NCBI GenBank assembly: GCA_963674745.2 | Contig: CAXXDV010000001.1 | Location: forward strand, 32,001 to 96,000 | From: Desulfosudaceae bacterium | GTDB taxonomy: Bacteria; Desulfobacterota; Desulfobacteria; Desulfobacterales; Desulfosudaceae | Length of the DNA: 64,000 nt | Reading direction: 5' to 3' | In this document: positions 1-8,832 of the stretch, piece by piece | Numbering within the stretch: the first letter of the stretch is position 1 | How the letters are laid out: every line of letters starts with the position of its first letter | The notes under the pieces: generated by a model | Database searches by the model: none | Told to the model about the DNA's origin: nothing | What the model saw: only the letters and a program-made list of their open reading frames with translations | Position numbers and translations under genes: made by a program

Positions 1-2
1 AC

Positions 3-521
3 CTGTGGAAAAAAATGACCAGCGGCATTCCCGCGCCGGTCAAAGACGCGGACCTGGGCAAATTCTTTATCCCCACCTTCATGGCCATTGCCATGGCCAA
101 GGTGTCCATGTCGGCCGCCGAAGCCCGGGCCAACGGCTTTCTGGGCCCCAAAGACCGCATTGTGTTCAACCGTGACAACCTCATCGGCGAAGCCAAAAAA
201 GAGGTCCTGCGCATGGTTGACGACGGCTATGCCCCGCCGCCGAAAAAACCGCTCAAAGTACTGGGCGAGGCTGCCTGGGGCATGGTCAATGCTGAAATAT
301 TCAACATGCACAACGGCGGATATGTCAGCGAATATGACGCCTACCTGGCCAAAAACATCGCTTATGTCATTGCCGGCGGCGACGCCCGGACCAACAGTGC
401 CTTAGATGAACAGGCCATCCTGAACCTGGAACGGAAGATGTTCATCGAGTTTTTGAAACAGGAAAAAACCATGGCCAGAATCGAGCACATGCTGAAAACC
501 GGCAAACCGCTTCGCAACTAA
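3..521 (+). CDS. C-terminal part of 3-hydroxyacyl-CoA dehydrogenase/enoyl-CoA hydratase fusion (FadN-like), 5' truncated by the window
   Basis: Frame is open to the window edge. Motifs AKVSMSAAEA and RIEHMLKTGKPLRN match the FadN C-terminus. Directly upstream of a thiolase. Confidence 0.85.
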   Translation: MWKKMTSGIPAPVKDADLGKFFIPTFMAIAMAKVSMSAAEARANGFLGPKDRIVFNRDNLIGEAKKEVLRMVDDGYAPPPKKPLKVLGEAAWGMVNAEIFNMHNGGYVSEYDAYLAKNIAYVIAGGDARTNSALDEQAILNLERKMFIEFLKQEKTMARIEHMLKTGKPLRN

Positions 522-534
522 GGAGGACAAACTC

Positions 535-1719
535 ATGAGAGACGCATATATCGTAACATCGGTCAGAACCCCGGGTTGTAAAAACCGGCGGGGCGCATTA
601 AAAGACACCCGTCCCGAAGACCTGATTTCATTTATTTTGAACGCCGCCATGGAAAGAACGCCCGGCCTGGAGAAAAAGGACGTGGACGACATGATGCTGG
701 GCTGTTCTTTTCCCGAAGCGGAACAGGGCCTGAACATCGGCCGTATCGCCGTGCAGATGGCCGGGTTTCCGGACGAGGTGTCCGGCGCCACGGTCAACCG
801 TTTCTGTTCTTCCGGCCTGGAAGCCATCGCCCTGGCCTCTTTGCGGGTCATGTCCGGCTGGTCGGATGTCACCATCGGCGGCGGCGTTGAATCCATGACC
901 TACGTGCCCATGGGCGGCAACCTGCCGCGCCCTCACCCGGACTGGTCCAAAGAACGGGCCGACTATTACGTATCCATGGGCATCACCGCGGAAAACGTGG
1001 CCAACCGCTACGGTATCTCCCGGGAAATGCAGGATGAATTCGCCTACAACTCCCAGATGAAGGCCTCAAAAGCCAAAGCCGAAAAACTGTACACGGAAAT
1101 CGTGCCGACCCCGGCCACCAAGTTCGTGACGCAGGCCGACGGCACGGTCACCAAAGAGACCTTTCTGCAGGATTTTGATGACGGTATCCGGGAGTCCACC
1201 ACCGTTGAAGGGCTGGCCAAACTGCGGCCGGTATTTGCCGCCGGCGGTTCCGTGACCGCCGGTAACTCTTCCCAGACCACGGACGGCGCAGCCACCGCCA
1301 TTATCATGAGCGAGAATAAAGTCAAGGAACTGGGCCTCAAACCCATCGCCAAGCTCAAGCTGTACACCACGGTTGGCTGCCGGTCCGACGAAATGGGCGT
1401 GGGCCCGCGTTATGCCATTCCCAAGCTGCTGGACAAGGCCGGCCTGACCGTTGACGATATCGGCCTGTGGGAAATCAACGAGGCCTTTGCCTCCCAGGCG
1501 ATTTATTCTATCCGGGAAGTCGGTCTGGAAAAATACATGGACCGCATCAATATCCACGGCGGCGCCATTGCCCTGGGCCACCCCCTGGGCTGCACCGGCG
1601 CCAAGCTCTGCGCCACCCTGCTGGCCAACATGCAGGCCAAGGGCGTCAAATACGGCGTGGAATCCATGTGCATCGGCGGTGGTATGGGCGCGGCCGGACT
1701 GTTCGAGCTGTGTGACTAA
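535..1719 (+). CDS. Acetyl-CoA C-acyltransferase (thiolase, FadA-like)
   Basis: NRFCSSGL catalytic Cys, NEAFA, GHPLG and CIGGGMG motifs. GGAGG RBS. Confidence 0.95.
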   Translation: MRDAYIVTSVRTPGCKNRRGALKDTRPEDLISFILNAAMERTPGLEKKDVDDMMLGCSFPEAEQGLNIGRIAVQMAGFPDEVSGATVNRFCSSGLEAIALASLRVMSGWSDVTIGGGVESMTYVPMGGNLPRPHPDWSKERADYYVSMGITAENVANRYGISREMQDEFAYNSQMKASKAKAEKLYTEIVPTPATKFVTQADGTVTKETFLQDFDDGIRESTTVEGLAKLRPVFAAGGSVTAGNSSQTTDGAATAIIMSENKVKELGLKPIAKLKLYTTVGCRSDEMGVGPRYAIPKLLDKAGLTVDDIGLWEINEAFASQAIYSIREVGLEKYMDRINIHGGAIALGHPLGCTGAKLCATLLANMQAKGVKYGVESMCIGGGMGAAGLFELCD

Positions 1720-1750
1720 CCATTAACCGTTGATCAGCAACACAACGTAT

Positions 1751-1794
1751 AAATGCCGGATCAGTCCTTAAAACCGGAACTGGTCCGGCATTTT
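1751..1794 (+). terminator. Rho-independent terminator after the thiolase
   Basis: AAATGCCGGATCAGT / ACTGGTCCGGCATTT inverted repeat ending in a T run. Confidence 0.7.
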
Positions 1795-1822
1795 AATTAT
1801 TACCGTCATATTTTCAGACAAT

Positions 1823-2431
1823 ATGAACGAATACCAGACAGAACAAAATCAAGCACTGACCATGATCCGCCGTCATCTTGAGGCTATGGATAAGGTCCGT
1901 ATCAAGGCACTTAAAGATGAGATTGCGGCATACGTGGTTTTCCGGGAGCAGGTGGCTGAATTTCTCAATCAGCATTTTGCCGCCGTATGCACCGAAAAAT
2001 GCTACCAGAGCCGACTCTCGGCGTGTTGTTCCAGGGACGGCATCATCACTTTTTTTGCCGACATGGTGATCAACGCGCTTAACAGTACCCGGGACGATCT
2101 GGACCGCCTGGAGCAGGCCATTAAAAATCCGGCCGACCCAGCCAAATGCATCTACCTTTCTCAAAACGGATGTGCATGGAACATCAAACCCGCTGTGTGT
2201 GAATTTTTCCTCTGCGACGAGGCGGAACAAAAAGCCTTTGGCCATAATGCCGGGGCCCGGCACCAATGGGATGCATTCAAGGACCGCAAAAAGACCTTCA
2301 CCTGGCCGGATCAACCGGTCATCTTTGAAACCCTGGAACGACACTTCATCGACCTGGGTTGTGACTCACCGTTGATGTACATGCATAAAAGTCCGGGGCT
2401 GGTCAGGATCAGGCATCAGCGGGACAAATGA
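1823..2431 (+). CDS. Cys-rich hypothetical protein (YkgJ/CxxCxxCC-like metal-binding)
   Basis: 202 aa. Cys clusters CTEKC..SACC and CIYL..GC..KPAVC..FLC. Confidence 0.7.
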   Translation: MNEYQTEQNQALTMIRRHLEAMDKVRIKALKDEIAAYVVFREQVAEFLNQHFAAVCTEKCYQSRLSACCSRDGIITFFADMVINALNSTRDDLDRLEQAIKNPADPAKCIYLSQNGCAWNIKPAVCEFFLCDEAEQKAFGHNAGARHQWDAFKDRKKTFTWPDQPVIFETLERHFIDLGCDSPLMYMHKSPGLVRIRHQRDK

Positions 2432-2441
2432 CTTTATACCA

Positions 2442-2469
2442 TTGACATACGAGACCGGTTTGTTATAAT
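2442..2469 (+). promoter_or_regulatory. Consensus sigma70 promoter (TTGACA-16-TATAAT with extended -10 TG)
   Basis: TTGACA at 2442-2447. TGTTATAAT ends at 2469. Confidence 0.75.
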
Positions 2470-2573
2470 TTTAATAATAAAACCGAATTCTTACCCTTAT
2501 CCTGGCGCTCAAGAAAACAACAAGGGCCATAAACCAACAATTTATGATCATTACTCAATTATAAGCAGAAAAT

Positions 2574-2777
2574 ATGAAGCTGGATAAGACAAAAGCAGGT
2601 TTTAAGAAAATGAGCGCTATCGAAAACGATGATTTTGTTCCCGGCTCCATGAAGGAACGGATTGATATGGTGTGGGATATAACGGTAGCCCTGTGGTCTT
2701 TAAGCTCCAAAGGGAAAATTCATGCTCAATCAAGACTACAAAGAGATGTTACAGTGCTTACTCGAGGAACAGGCTGA
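2574..2777 (+). CDS. Small hypothetical protein overlapping the nucleotidyltransferase gene
   Basis: 67 aa, ERIDMVWDIT...SRLQRDV pattern. Follows a strong promoter. Confidence 0.6.
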   Translation: MKLDKTKAGFKKMSAIENDDFVPGSMKERIDMVWDITVALWSLSSKGKIHAQSRLQRDVTVLTRGTG

Positions 2778-3177
2778 GTTTCTCGTGGTTGGCGCTTACG
2801 CTCTTGCGGCGCACGGGTTTCCCAGAAGCACGGCGGATTTTGATATATGGGTAAACCCTTCCGGCGAAAATGCAGAAAAAGTGTTTCGGGCGTTGTCCAG
2901 ATTCGGTGCGCCCCTTGCTGGTGTATCTCCAGCTGACTTTACTCAAAAAGGGACCGTTTTTCAAATCGGCGTGGCACCATGCCGGATTGATATTCTTACA
3001 TTGATTACCGGCAATTTTGATTTCCCGGGCGCAAGAGCAAAGGCCGTGGAGATTGAGTTGGGCGGCGTGAGCATGCCGGTCCTCAGCATTGATGATCTTA
3101 TCGAGAACAAGCTGGCCGCAGGCAGGCCAAAAGACATTGAAGACGCGGAAAAACTGAAAAAAAACCGGCCCAGCTAG
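2722..3177 (+). CDS. Minimal nucleotidyltransferase (DUF6036-like)
   Basis: VGAYALAAHGFPRSTADFDIWV and NKLAAGRPKDIED motifs. Confidence 0.85.
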   Translation: MLNQDYKEMLQCLLEEQAEFLVVGAYALAAHGFPRSTADFDIWVNPSGENAEKVFRALSRFGAPLAGVSPADFTQKGTVFQIGVAPCRIDILTLITGNFDFPGARAKAVEIELGGVSMPVLSIDDLIENKLAAGRPKDIEDAEKLKKNRPS

Positions 3178-3202
3178 CAAGACCAGACCTTCACAAGGGA
3201 TA

Positions 3203-3920
3203 TCATTCCTTTTCCTTTATCTCCTGCTCCCGCTGCTTGTGCAGCGGGTTGGCGCAATCGACGGTATCCGGATCCACCAGCCAGCGGAACTCGCCCCGGT
3301 CCCGGGCCGCATCCAGGGCCTTGCGGTAACGGGCGTAATTGGCCGGCGCCATGTTGACCAGCGGCGTCCAGTCGGCCTCGATGGCACATGCGGGGCAGAT
3401 AGAGGCGCAGTGAAAACAGAATATGCAGGGATCCTGTATCCGGGGCGGATTTACTTCAATATCAATACCGTCCACCGGGCAGGCATCCCGGCATTCCCCG
3501 CACTGAACGCAGGTATCCATGTTGATGGACAGTTTTGGCATCACTTTAGACAAGAGTTCGAAGCTCAACTTTTCGGCTTCTTCCCGGGCCCAGTCCTCGG
3601 GCGCTGGTTCCGGCTGATTGATGCATTGTCTGTCGCCGATTGACGCTTTTTTACTGCACCGGCTGACAATCCGGCCGAAATCCCGGGCTTCGCTGAGGTC
3701 GCGGTCGTCCGGATGGCCCGACGTCAGGGTATGCTTGGGATAAAAGGGAACGGTGATATCGGCGTAAGTGTGATGCGATCCAATCACCAGCGCCCCTTTC
3801 TTTTCAAGCCGTTCGGCCATGGAAAACAGGGGCAGCCGTTTCCAGAACCCCCTCACGGATTTTTTCCGCCACCTTTAGGGTGTTGCCGGTCTGTGAAAAA
3901 CAAATGATAACCGCTTTCAT
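3203..3920 (-). pseudogene. EFR1-like flavodoxin-ferredoxin fusion, frameshifted and internally deleted
   Basis: ATG at 3920 reads MKAVIICFSQTGNTLKVAEKIREG (flavodoxin P-loop) but stops after 38 codons. The GHPD motif and 2[4Fe-4S] domain are in another frame. The span is 718 nt, not a multiple of 3. Confidence 0.75.
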
Positions 3921-3983
3921 GACACCCCCCTTTTCATCATTCCCCCCCTGTCTTTGATCAGATATGAACAACTACTGTATTTA

Positions 3984-4652
3984 TCATTTATTTAAAGCGT
4001 TTTCCAGGACCGGAAGGAAGATGAAAAGCAGCGTCTCTCTGACCCATTGCAGGTAAGCCTCATTTCGTTCGGGGAAACCCATGATGGCCGCCTCAATGGA
4101 GCCTGCCCCTAAAAAGTTAATGGTAAGCGCATTCAGACAGGTCAGAAAGCGGCCGGCATCACCAATTGCGAACAGTTTTGGAAAGGTATTTTCAAAATCC
4201 TGCTGGGTGTCGGTCAGGAGTCTGACCAGATGCTGGTATCCCGGCAACGTGGTGGGATCATCATGGGACATGTTGTTGACGATAATGCGGAAGACCTCAT
4301 GATGTTTTTGAGAAAACTCGATAAACCGGTCCAGGTAGGTTGACAGGGCTTTATCCGGGGAATAGTTTGATATTTCCCGTAACCATTCTTTATTGTCGTT
4401 GTAAAGCGTACGGCAGGCGTCTTCCATCACGGCTTCAAATATCCTTGCCTTGTTGGGAAAATGATACCGGATAAGCCCGTGGTAAAACTCACCCTTGTTG
4501 GCGATCATACGGATACTGGCGGCATTGTATGGATGAGCGGCAAAAACCTGCCTGGCGGCCGCCAGAATCATCTGCCGGGTGTCATCTCCTCTTTTCCCGG
4601 GCAGGCCGTTCCCGGCCTTTGTTTTACGATTGGTTTTCTCTTCTTTTTTCAT
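3984..4652 (-). CDS. TetR/AcrR family transcriptional regulator
   Basis: N-terminal HTH ILAAARQVFA..SIRMIA..LIRYHFPNK. Confidence 0.92.
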   Translation of the reverse strand: MKKEEKTNRKTKAGNGLPGKRGDDTRQMILAAARQVFAAHPYNAASIRMIANKGEFYHGLIRYHFPNKARIFEAVMEDACRTLYNDNKEWLREISNYSPDKALSTYLDRFIEFSQKHHEVFRIIVNNMSHDDPTTLPGYQHLVRLLTDTQQDFENTFPKLFAIGDAGRFLTCLNALTINFLGAGSIEAAIMGFPERNEAYLQWVRETLLFIFLPVLENALNK

Positions 4653-4690
4653 TTTATAACAAATACTTGACTAAGTCATAGCTCAGCCAC

Positions 4691-4766
4691 TTAGACGACC
4701 GTGTAATTTTTCCTTGACTTTACCGGCTGATTATCTCATTCTATTTACACGATCGTGTAATGTCAA
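4691..4766. promoter_or_regulatory. Divergent promoters with two TetR-type operators
   Basis: Perfect palindrome TTACACGATCGTGTAA at 4745-4760 sits inside a minus-strand TTGACA-17-TAGAAT promoter. A variant TTAGACGACCGTGTAA lies at 4691-4706. Plus-strand TTGACT-17-CATTCT at 4714-4742. Confidence 0.8.
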
Positions 4767-4791
4767 CCCCTATTATTTGAAGGAGAGCACC

Positions 4792-5625
4792 ATGAATCTG
4801 ACCAATTATCAAAAACTGGGACAGGAATTATACGACAAACTTCACCTGCCGACGTATCCGGTAGCCATTACCTATATTAAAAGCGAGGATGAAATTCCGA
4901 CCGAAGCCATGCGGCCGTCGGCCATGGGCCAGAAAATGTGTATCTGCCAGACCTTCACCTATGCCCGCTCCTGGGGCGCTCATGTGGCCATAACGGCCGA
5001 GGACAATTTTTGCGTACCCGGATCGGCCGGGCATAAATGGGTGGATGTCACGGACGAGGAGTTTGTTGAAAGCCAGGTCACCCAGGGCTGGCACAAGAAC
5101 CGGGAGGCGGAGACCAACCGCATCAACGGCTATAACCTGATTTTCAGCGGTTCTGACGGCGAGGCCAGACTGGCCAAAGCCAGAGAGCGGATCGGCCTGG
5201 TCGCCTCACCCCTGCACCAGGCCCTGCTGGAACCGGACACCGTCCTGGTGTTCGGCAACGGGGTTCATATCACCCATATCATTCAGGCCCTCTGTTATGA
5301 TTACCAGGCGCCGATCATGTCCGTTTTTGAAGGGTTCGGCGAATCCTGCATAATGGGCGGCATGCTGCCGTTTCTGACCGGCCAGCCCCAGATCGTCATC
5401 CCCGGCATGGGTGACCGGGCCTTTGCCGGCATTGCCGCGGATGAAATCGGCATCGGCATACCCGCGGCGAAGTTCCCAACGGTTTTAGAAGACCTGTTCA
5501 AAACCGGCGGGCCCATGAACATGGGCATGCCGTTTAAAACCATGATGCCGACCAACCTGACCGAAAACATCACACCCGGTTTTGCTTACCTGCAAAAAAT
5601 TGTTGATGAGAAAAAAAAGAAATAA
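4792..5625 (+). CDS. DUF169 family protein
   Basis: AGGAG RBS then ATG at 4792. Motifs LPTYPVAI, CICQ..AR, ESC and PGMGDRAF. Confidence 0.85.
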   Translation: MNLTNYQKLGQELYDKLHLPTYPVAITYIKSEDEIPTEAMRPSAMGQKMCICQTFTYARSWGAHVAITAEDNFCVPGSAGHKWVDVTDEEFVESQVTQGWHKNREAETNRINGYNLIFSGSDGEARLAKARERIGLVASPLHQALLEPDTVLVFGNGVHITHIIQALCYDYQAPIMSVFEGFGESCIMGGMLPFLTGQPQIVIPGMGDRAFAGIAADEIGIGIPAAKFPTVLEDLFKTGGPMNMGMPFKTMMPTNLTENITPGFAYLQKIVDEKKKK

Positions 5626-5631
5626 ATAGAA

Positions 5632-5657
5632 GGGCTCCCACAGGGGGGTGCCCCTAC
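5632..5657 (-). repeat. GTAG-type REP element (single)
   Basis: Reverse complement GTAGGGGCACCCCCCTGTGGGAGCCC is near-identical to the unit at 8237-8262. Confidence 0.75.
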
Positions 5658-5729
5658 GTGAATCCACGACGCGCATGATATTTTTTTTGCGACAGGAAAT
5701 AAATCACTAAATAAAATATGAGGTGAAAA

Positions 5730-6776
5730 ATGGAAAATTTTGCCCAATTTGCCATAGACAACCTGAAATTTTTTGGCGCATCCGAAGTGGGTGTTGTCAC
5801 CACCGAAACCATGGCCGGCGGACCACCTTCAGCCGACCTGACCTATCTCTGGCCCGACGCCAAATCAGCAATCGTTTTTACCGTACCGCTCAATCAGGAC
5901 CTGATCCCCGGTTTTTTAAAAAAAGAAGACCAGATCTCCCATGAGAAAGACAGTTTTCAAACCAACGTGATCGCGGGCGGCCTTTCCCTGTGGGCGGCCA
6001 ACTGGGCCAGGCAGCGGGGCTTTGAGGCCATGCCCTATGTACCCAACGACAGCTACCGGGCAGACACGCCCATGGGCGTACTGGACATGCAGCCGGAGAT
6101 TTCTTTGCGTTACCTGGCGGTGCGCGCGGGACTGGGCTGGTTCGGTTTTTCCGGCAACCTGATCACGCCCGATCATGGCGCGGCCGTAATCATCGGCTGC
6201 GTCCTGACCAGCGCGGAACTGGAGCCCACCGACCCGCTGCCGCCTGAAGACAATTATTGCGACAACTGCAAGCTCTGCATGGCCGCCTGCTCCTCGGGCC
6301 TGATGGATCCCGAGGAAAAGACAACCATTACCCTTGGCGGGGTTACCTTCGAGTATCCCAAACGGCGTTCCTATATGCGGTGCAATTACGTGTGCGGCGG
6401 TGTTTCCGGCCTGCATCCCTCAGGCAAATGGTCCACCTGGTCGCCCGGCCGGTTCCCGCTGCCGGAAGATGATCAGGGCTTTGCCGACGCCATGGTAAAA
6501 AATATCGGCGCCATGATCAACCGTCCGGATTCAGGCGGCGGATACGCCCACAGCCTGATCCCGGGTGGAAAAATACACCAGACCTGCGGTAATTGTCAGA
6601 TCATCTGCCACCCGGATAAAAACGTCCGCAAAGAACGGTTTGAAATGTTAAAAGCGGGTGGTGTGGTCGTGCAGCATGAGGACGGCCGCCTGGAAGCCAT
6701 GTCTCCGGAAGCGGCTGAAAAATTTACCGCTGATATGCCGGCAGACAGGAAAAAACTGTATTGCGAGGTTGTTTAA
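5730..6776 (+). CDS. QueG/reductive dehalogenase-like cobamide Fe-S protein (paralogue 1)
   Basis: SLRYLAVRAGLGWFGFSGN, CDNCKLCMAAC, CNYVC and CGNCQIIC motifs. Confidence 0.85.
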   Translation: MENFAQFAIDNLKFFGASEVGVVTTETMAGGPPSADLTYLWPDAKSAIVFTVPLNQDLIPGFLKKEDQISHEKDSFQTNVIAGGLSLWAANWARQRGFEAMPYVPNDSYRADTPMGVLDMQPEISLRYLAVRAGLGWFGFSGNLITPDHGAAVIIGCVLTSAELEPTDPLPPEDNYCDNCKLCMAACSSGLMDPEEKTTITLGGVTFEYPKRRSYMRCNYVCGGVSGLHPSGKWSTWSPGRFPLPEDDQGFADAMVKNIGAMINRPDSGGGYAHSLIPGGKIHQTCGNCQIICHPDKNVRKERFEMLKAGGVVVQHEDGRLEAMSPEAAEKFTADMPADRKKLYCEVV

Positions 6777-6813
6777 CAGAAAACATTGCGTCCTGAACAC
6801 AGGAGAAAACAAC

Positions 6814-8193
6814 ATGGGTGCTTTAGAACAGAAAATTAAGGCCTTTGCCAAAAAACAGGGGGTGGCCATTGTCGGCATTGCCGGTCCGGACAGGCTTGAC
6901 GGGCCGCCGTCCCTTGACCCCACCTATACCATGAAAGGTGCCAGATCCATCGTATCGCTGGCGATTCCCATGGACACGGACGCGATCTACCAGTTTCTCG
7001 GCAAAAAATCCTACCAGCCGCACCTGACAGACCAGACCAGGCAAAACGCCCGGCTATACCGAATTGCCGCCTATATTGCCGGATACATTCAGTCGCTTGG
7101 GTACCGCGCCAGGGAAGTGCCTTCCAACAACTCATACCGGCGATCGCCTGACACTTTCGCGACCCACCCGAGTTTTTCCCACCGGTTCGGGGCCATTGCT
7201 TCCGGTATTGCCGCCCAGGGCTGGTCCGGCAATGTCATGACCGAAGAGTTCGGCGCGGCCATGTACCTGGGCACGGTCGTCACCGAGGCGGTCCTTGAAA
7301 GCGACAAGTCAAGATACGCGCCCCGCCACTTTATCGATGAATACTGCATCAAATGCCGAATGTGCGAAAAAACCTGCGTGGCCGGTATGTTTGAACCAAA
7401 AAACGAAGAGTATGTCCTTTTAAACGGCGAACTTCATCCGCGTGGCAAAAGGCGGAACATCGACCTGTGTAATGCCTCCTGTTTTGGTCTTCATTCCCTT
7501 TCCCGGGACAAAAAATGGACCACCTGGGGGACCCGGTGGATTGATGAATGGACAGAAAAAGAAGTCGACCCGGACCAAAAATTAAAATTGCGTTATACAT
7601 TGATGAAAGAAGGCGTTCTTTCCGGCGACTCCACCCCGAGGTACTCTTTGATCAGGCAGACCGCGGCGCTCCTGCAACCGGAAGAACTGATAGAAAGCCA
7701 TCTTGAAAGCGTCGCCCATGCTGGAAACGAAACCGAACGGTTCAAACGCCTGGGGCCGTTTATGGACAGATTGAATGTGGTCGGCAGAAAACTGCTCAAA
7801 AACGAGCGTATCCTGACCTGTGGCCAGTGCGCGCTGGTGTGCGGCCCGTCCATCGATGAATGCAGAAACCGGTATAACGCGCTTATGGAAGGGGGTTTTG
7901 TGGTTGATGGCCCCGATAATGAAGTAACAGTGGTCAAGACATATGAGGAAGCCTTAAAAATGCGGGCCCGTAATTCACCAAAAATCCCTTTAAAAGACCG
8001 GGTTAAAGATTTTATACTGTCCGGGGCCATGTGGCACGCCTACTACGGCGGTGTGGAGCCGAAATCCATGATCAGCGGTTTCGTTTATGACCGCAAGCTG
8101 AAAAAAGCCGTGACCGACCGCATAACCGGCCACTTTGATACATCGAAAAAGCGGCATGAAACAGCATCAGCGCTGGAGGACCTTGCCAATTAA
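6814..8193 (+). CDS. QueG/reductive dehalogenase-like cobamide Fe-S protein (paralogue 2)
   Basis: AGGAG RBS, ATG at 6814. SHRFGAIASG, CIKCRMCEKTC, CNASC and CGQCALVC motifs. Collinear with paralogue 1. Confidence 0.85.
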   Translation: MGALEQKIKAFAKKQGVAIVGIAGPDRLDGPPSLDPTYTMKGARSIVSLAIPMDTDAIYQFLGKKSYQPHLTDQTRQNARLYRIAAYIAGYIQSLGYRAREVPSNNSYRRSPDTFATHPSFSHRFGAIASGIAAQGWSGNVMTEEFGAAMYLGTVVTEAVLESDKSRYAPRHFIDEYCIKCRMCEKTCVAGMFEPKNEEYVLLNGELHPRGKRRNIDLCNASCFGLHSLSRDKKWTTWGTRWIDEWTEKEVDPDQKLKLRYTLMKEGVLSGDSTPRYSLIRQTAALLQPEELIESHLESVAHAGNETERFKRLGPFMDRLNVVGRKLLKNERILTCGQCALVCGPSIDECRNRYNALMEGGFVVDGPDNEVTVVKTYEEALKMRARNSPKIPLKDRVKDFILSGAMWHAYYGGVEPKSMISGFVYDRKLKKAVTDRITGHFDTSKKRHETASALEDLAN

Positions 8194-8203
8194 AAAAAAT
8201 ATT

Positions 8204-8262
8204 GTAGGGGCGGCCACCCGTGGCCGCCCGATAGATGGGCCCCCACAGGGGGGTGCCCCTAC
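8204..8262. repeat. REPIN-like doublet of inverted GTAG REP units
   Basis: GTAGGGGCGGCCACCCGTGGCCGCCC ... GGGCCCCCACAGGGGGGTGCCCCTAC. Confidence 0.8.
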
Positions 8263-8313
8263 GTTAACACATGACCTGTGCCTGACCGGTATAGCCAAAC
8301 AAACGGAGCGTGT

Positions 8314-8832
8314 ATGAAAAAATCGAAAGATGAAATCCTGGATACGGCATTCAGTGCGGCCAAACAATACGAGATGAAAAGCGGTGGCTGCCCCCAGTGC
8401 ACGTTGGCGGGCATTTTCGATGCCCTGGAAATTGACAATGATGATATTTTCAAAGCCGCCACCGGTCTTGCCGATGGAATCGGCCTGTCCGGCAATGGTC
8501 ATTGCGGAGCGCTTTCCGGCGGCGTACTGGCCATCAGCTATCTTTTTGGAAGAGACAAAAAAGACTTTGGCGACATCATGAAACTGGTGGAAGCAAACCT
8601 TCTGGCCAAAAAACTGGTTGAGCGGTTTATGGAAAAATACGGGACCTGCCGGTGCGCCGACCTGCAGACCTCGTTTTTCGGTCGGTTTTTCAATCTGCTT
8701 GATCCGAATGATTTGCAGGCCGCCCTGGAAGCGGGCATGCTGGAAAGGTGCTCCTCACTGGTCGGGGAAGTCGCCCGGATGACCACCGAGATCATTCTTG
8801 AGGCACAGGAAAAAAAAGGAGTCCTCTCATGA
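8314..8832 (+). CDS. C-GCAxxG-C-C family redox protein
   Basis: GCPQC, GHCGALSGG, TCRCADL and ERCS motifs. GGAG RBS before ATG at 8314. Confidence 0.9.
   Translation: MKKSKDEILDTAFSAAKQYEMKSGGCPQCTLAGIFDALEIDNDDIFKAATGLADGIGLSGNGHCGALSGGVLAISYLFGRDKKDFGDIMKLVEANLLAKKLVERFMEKYGTCRCADLQTSFFGRFFNLLDPNDLQAALEAGMLERCSSLVGEVARMTTEIILEAQEKKGVLS

Noticed and set aside
6658..6813. Upstream extensions in the ORF track (also 4714, 14395, 24212, 28885, 33264, 43956, 59997)
   Set aside because: They overlap neighbouring genes or promoters. Downstream starts have an RBS and/or fit the family N-terminus better.
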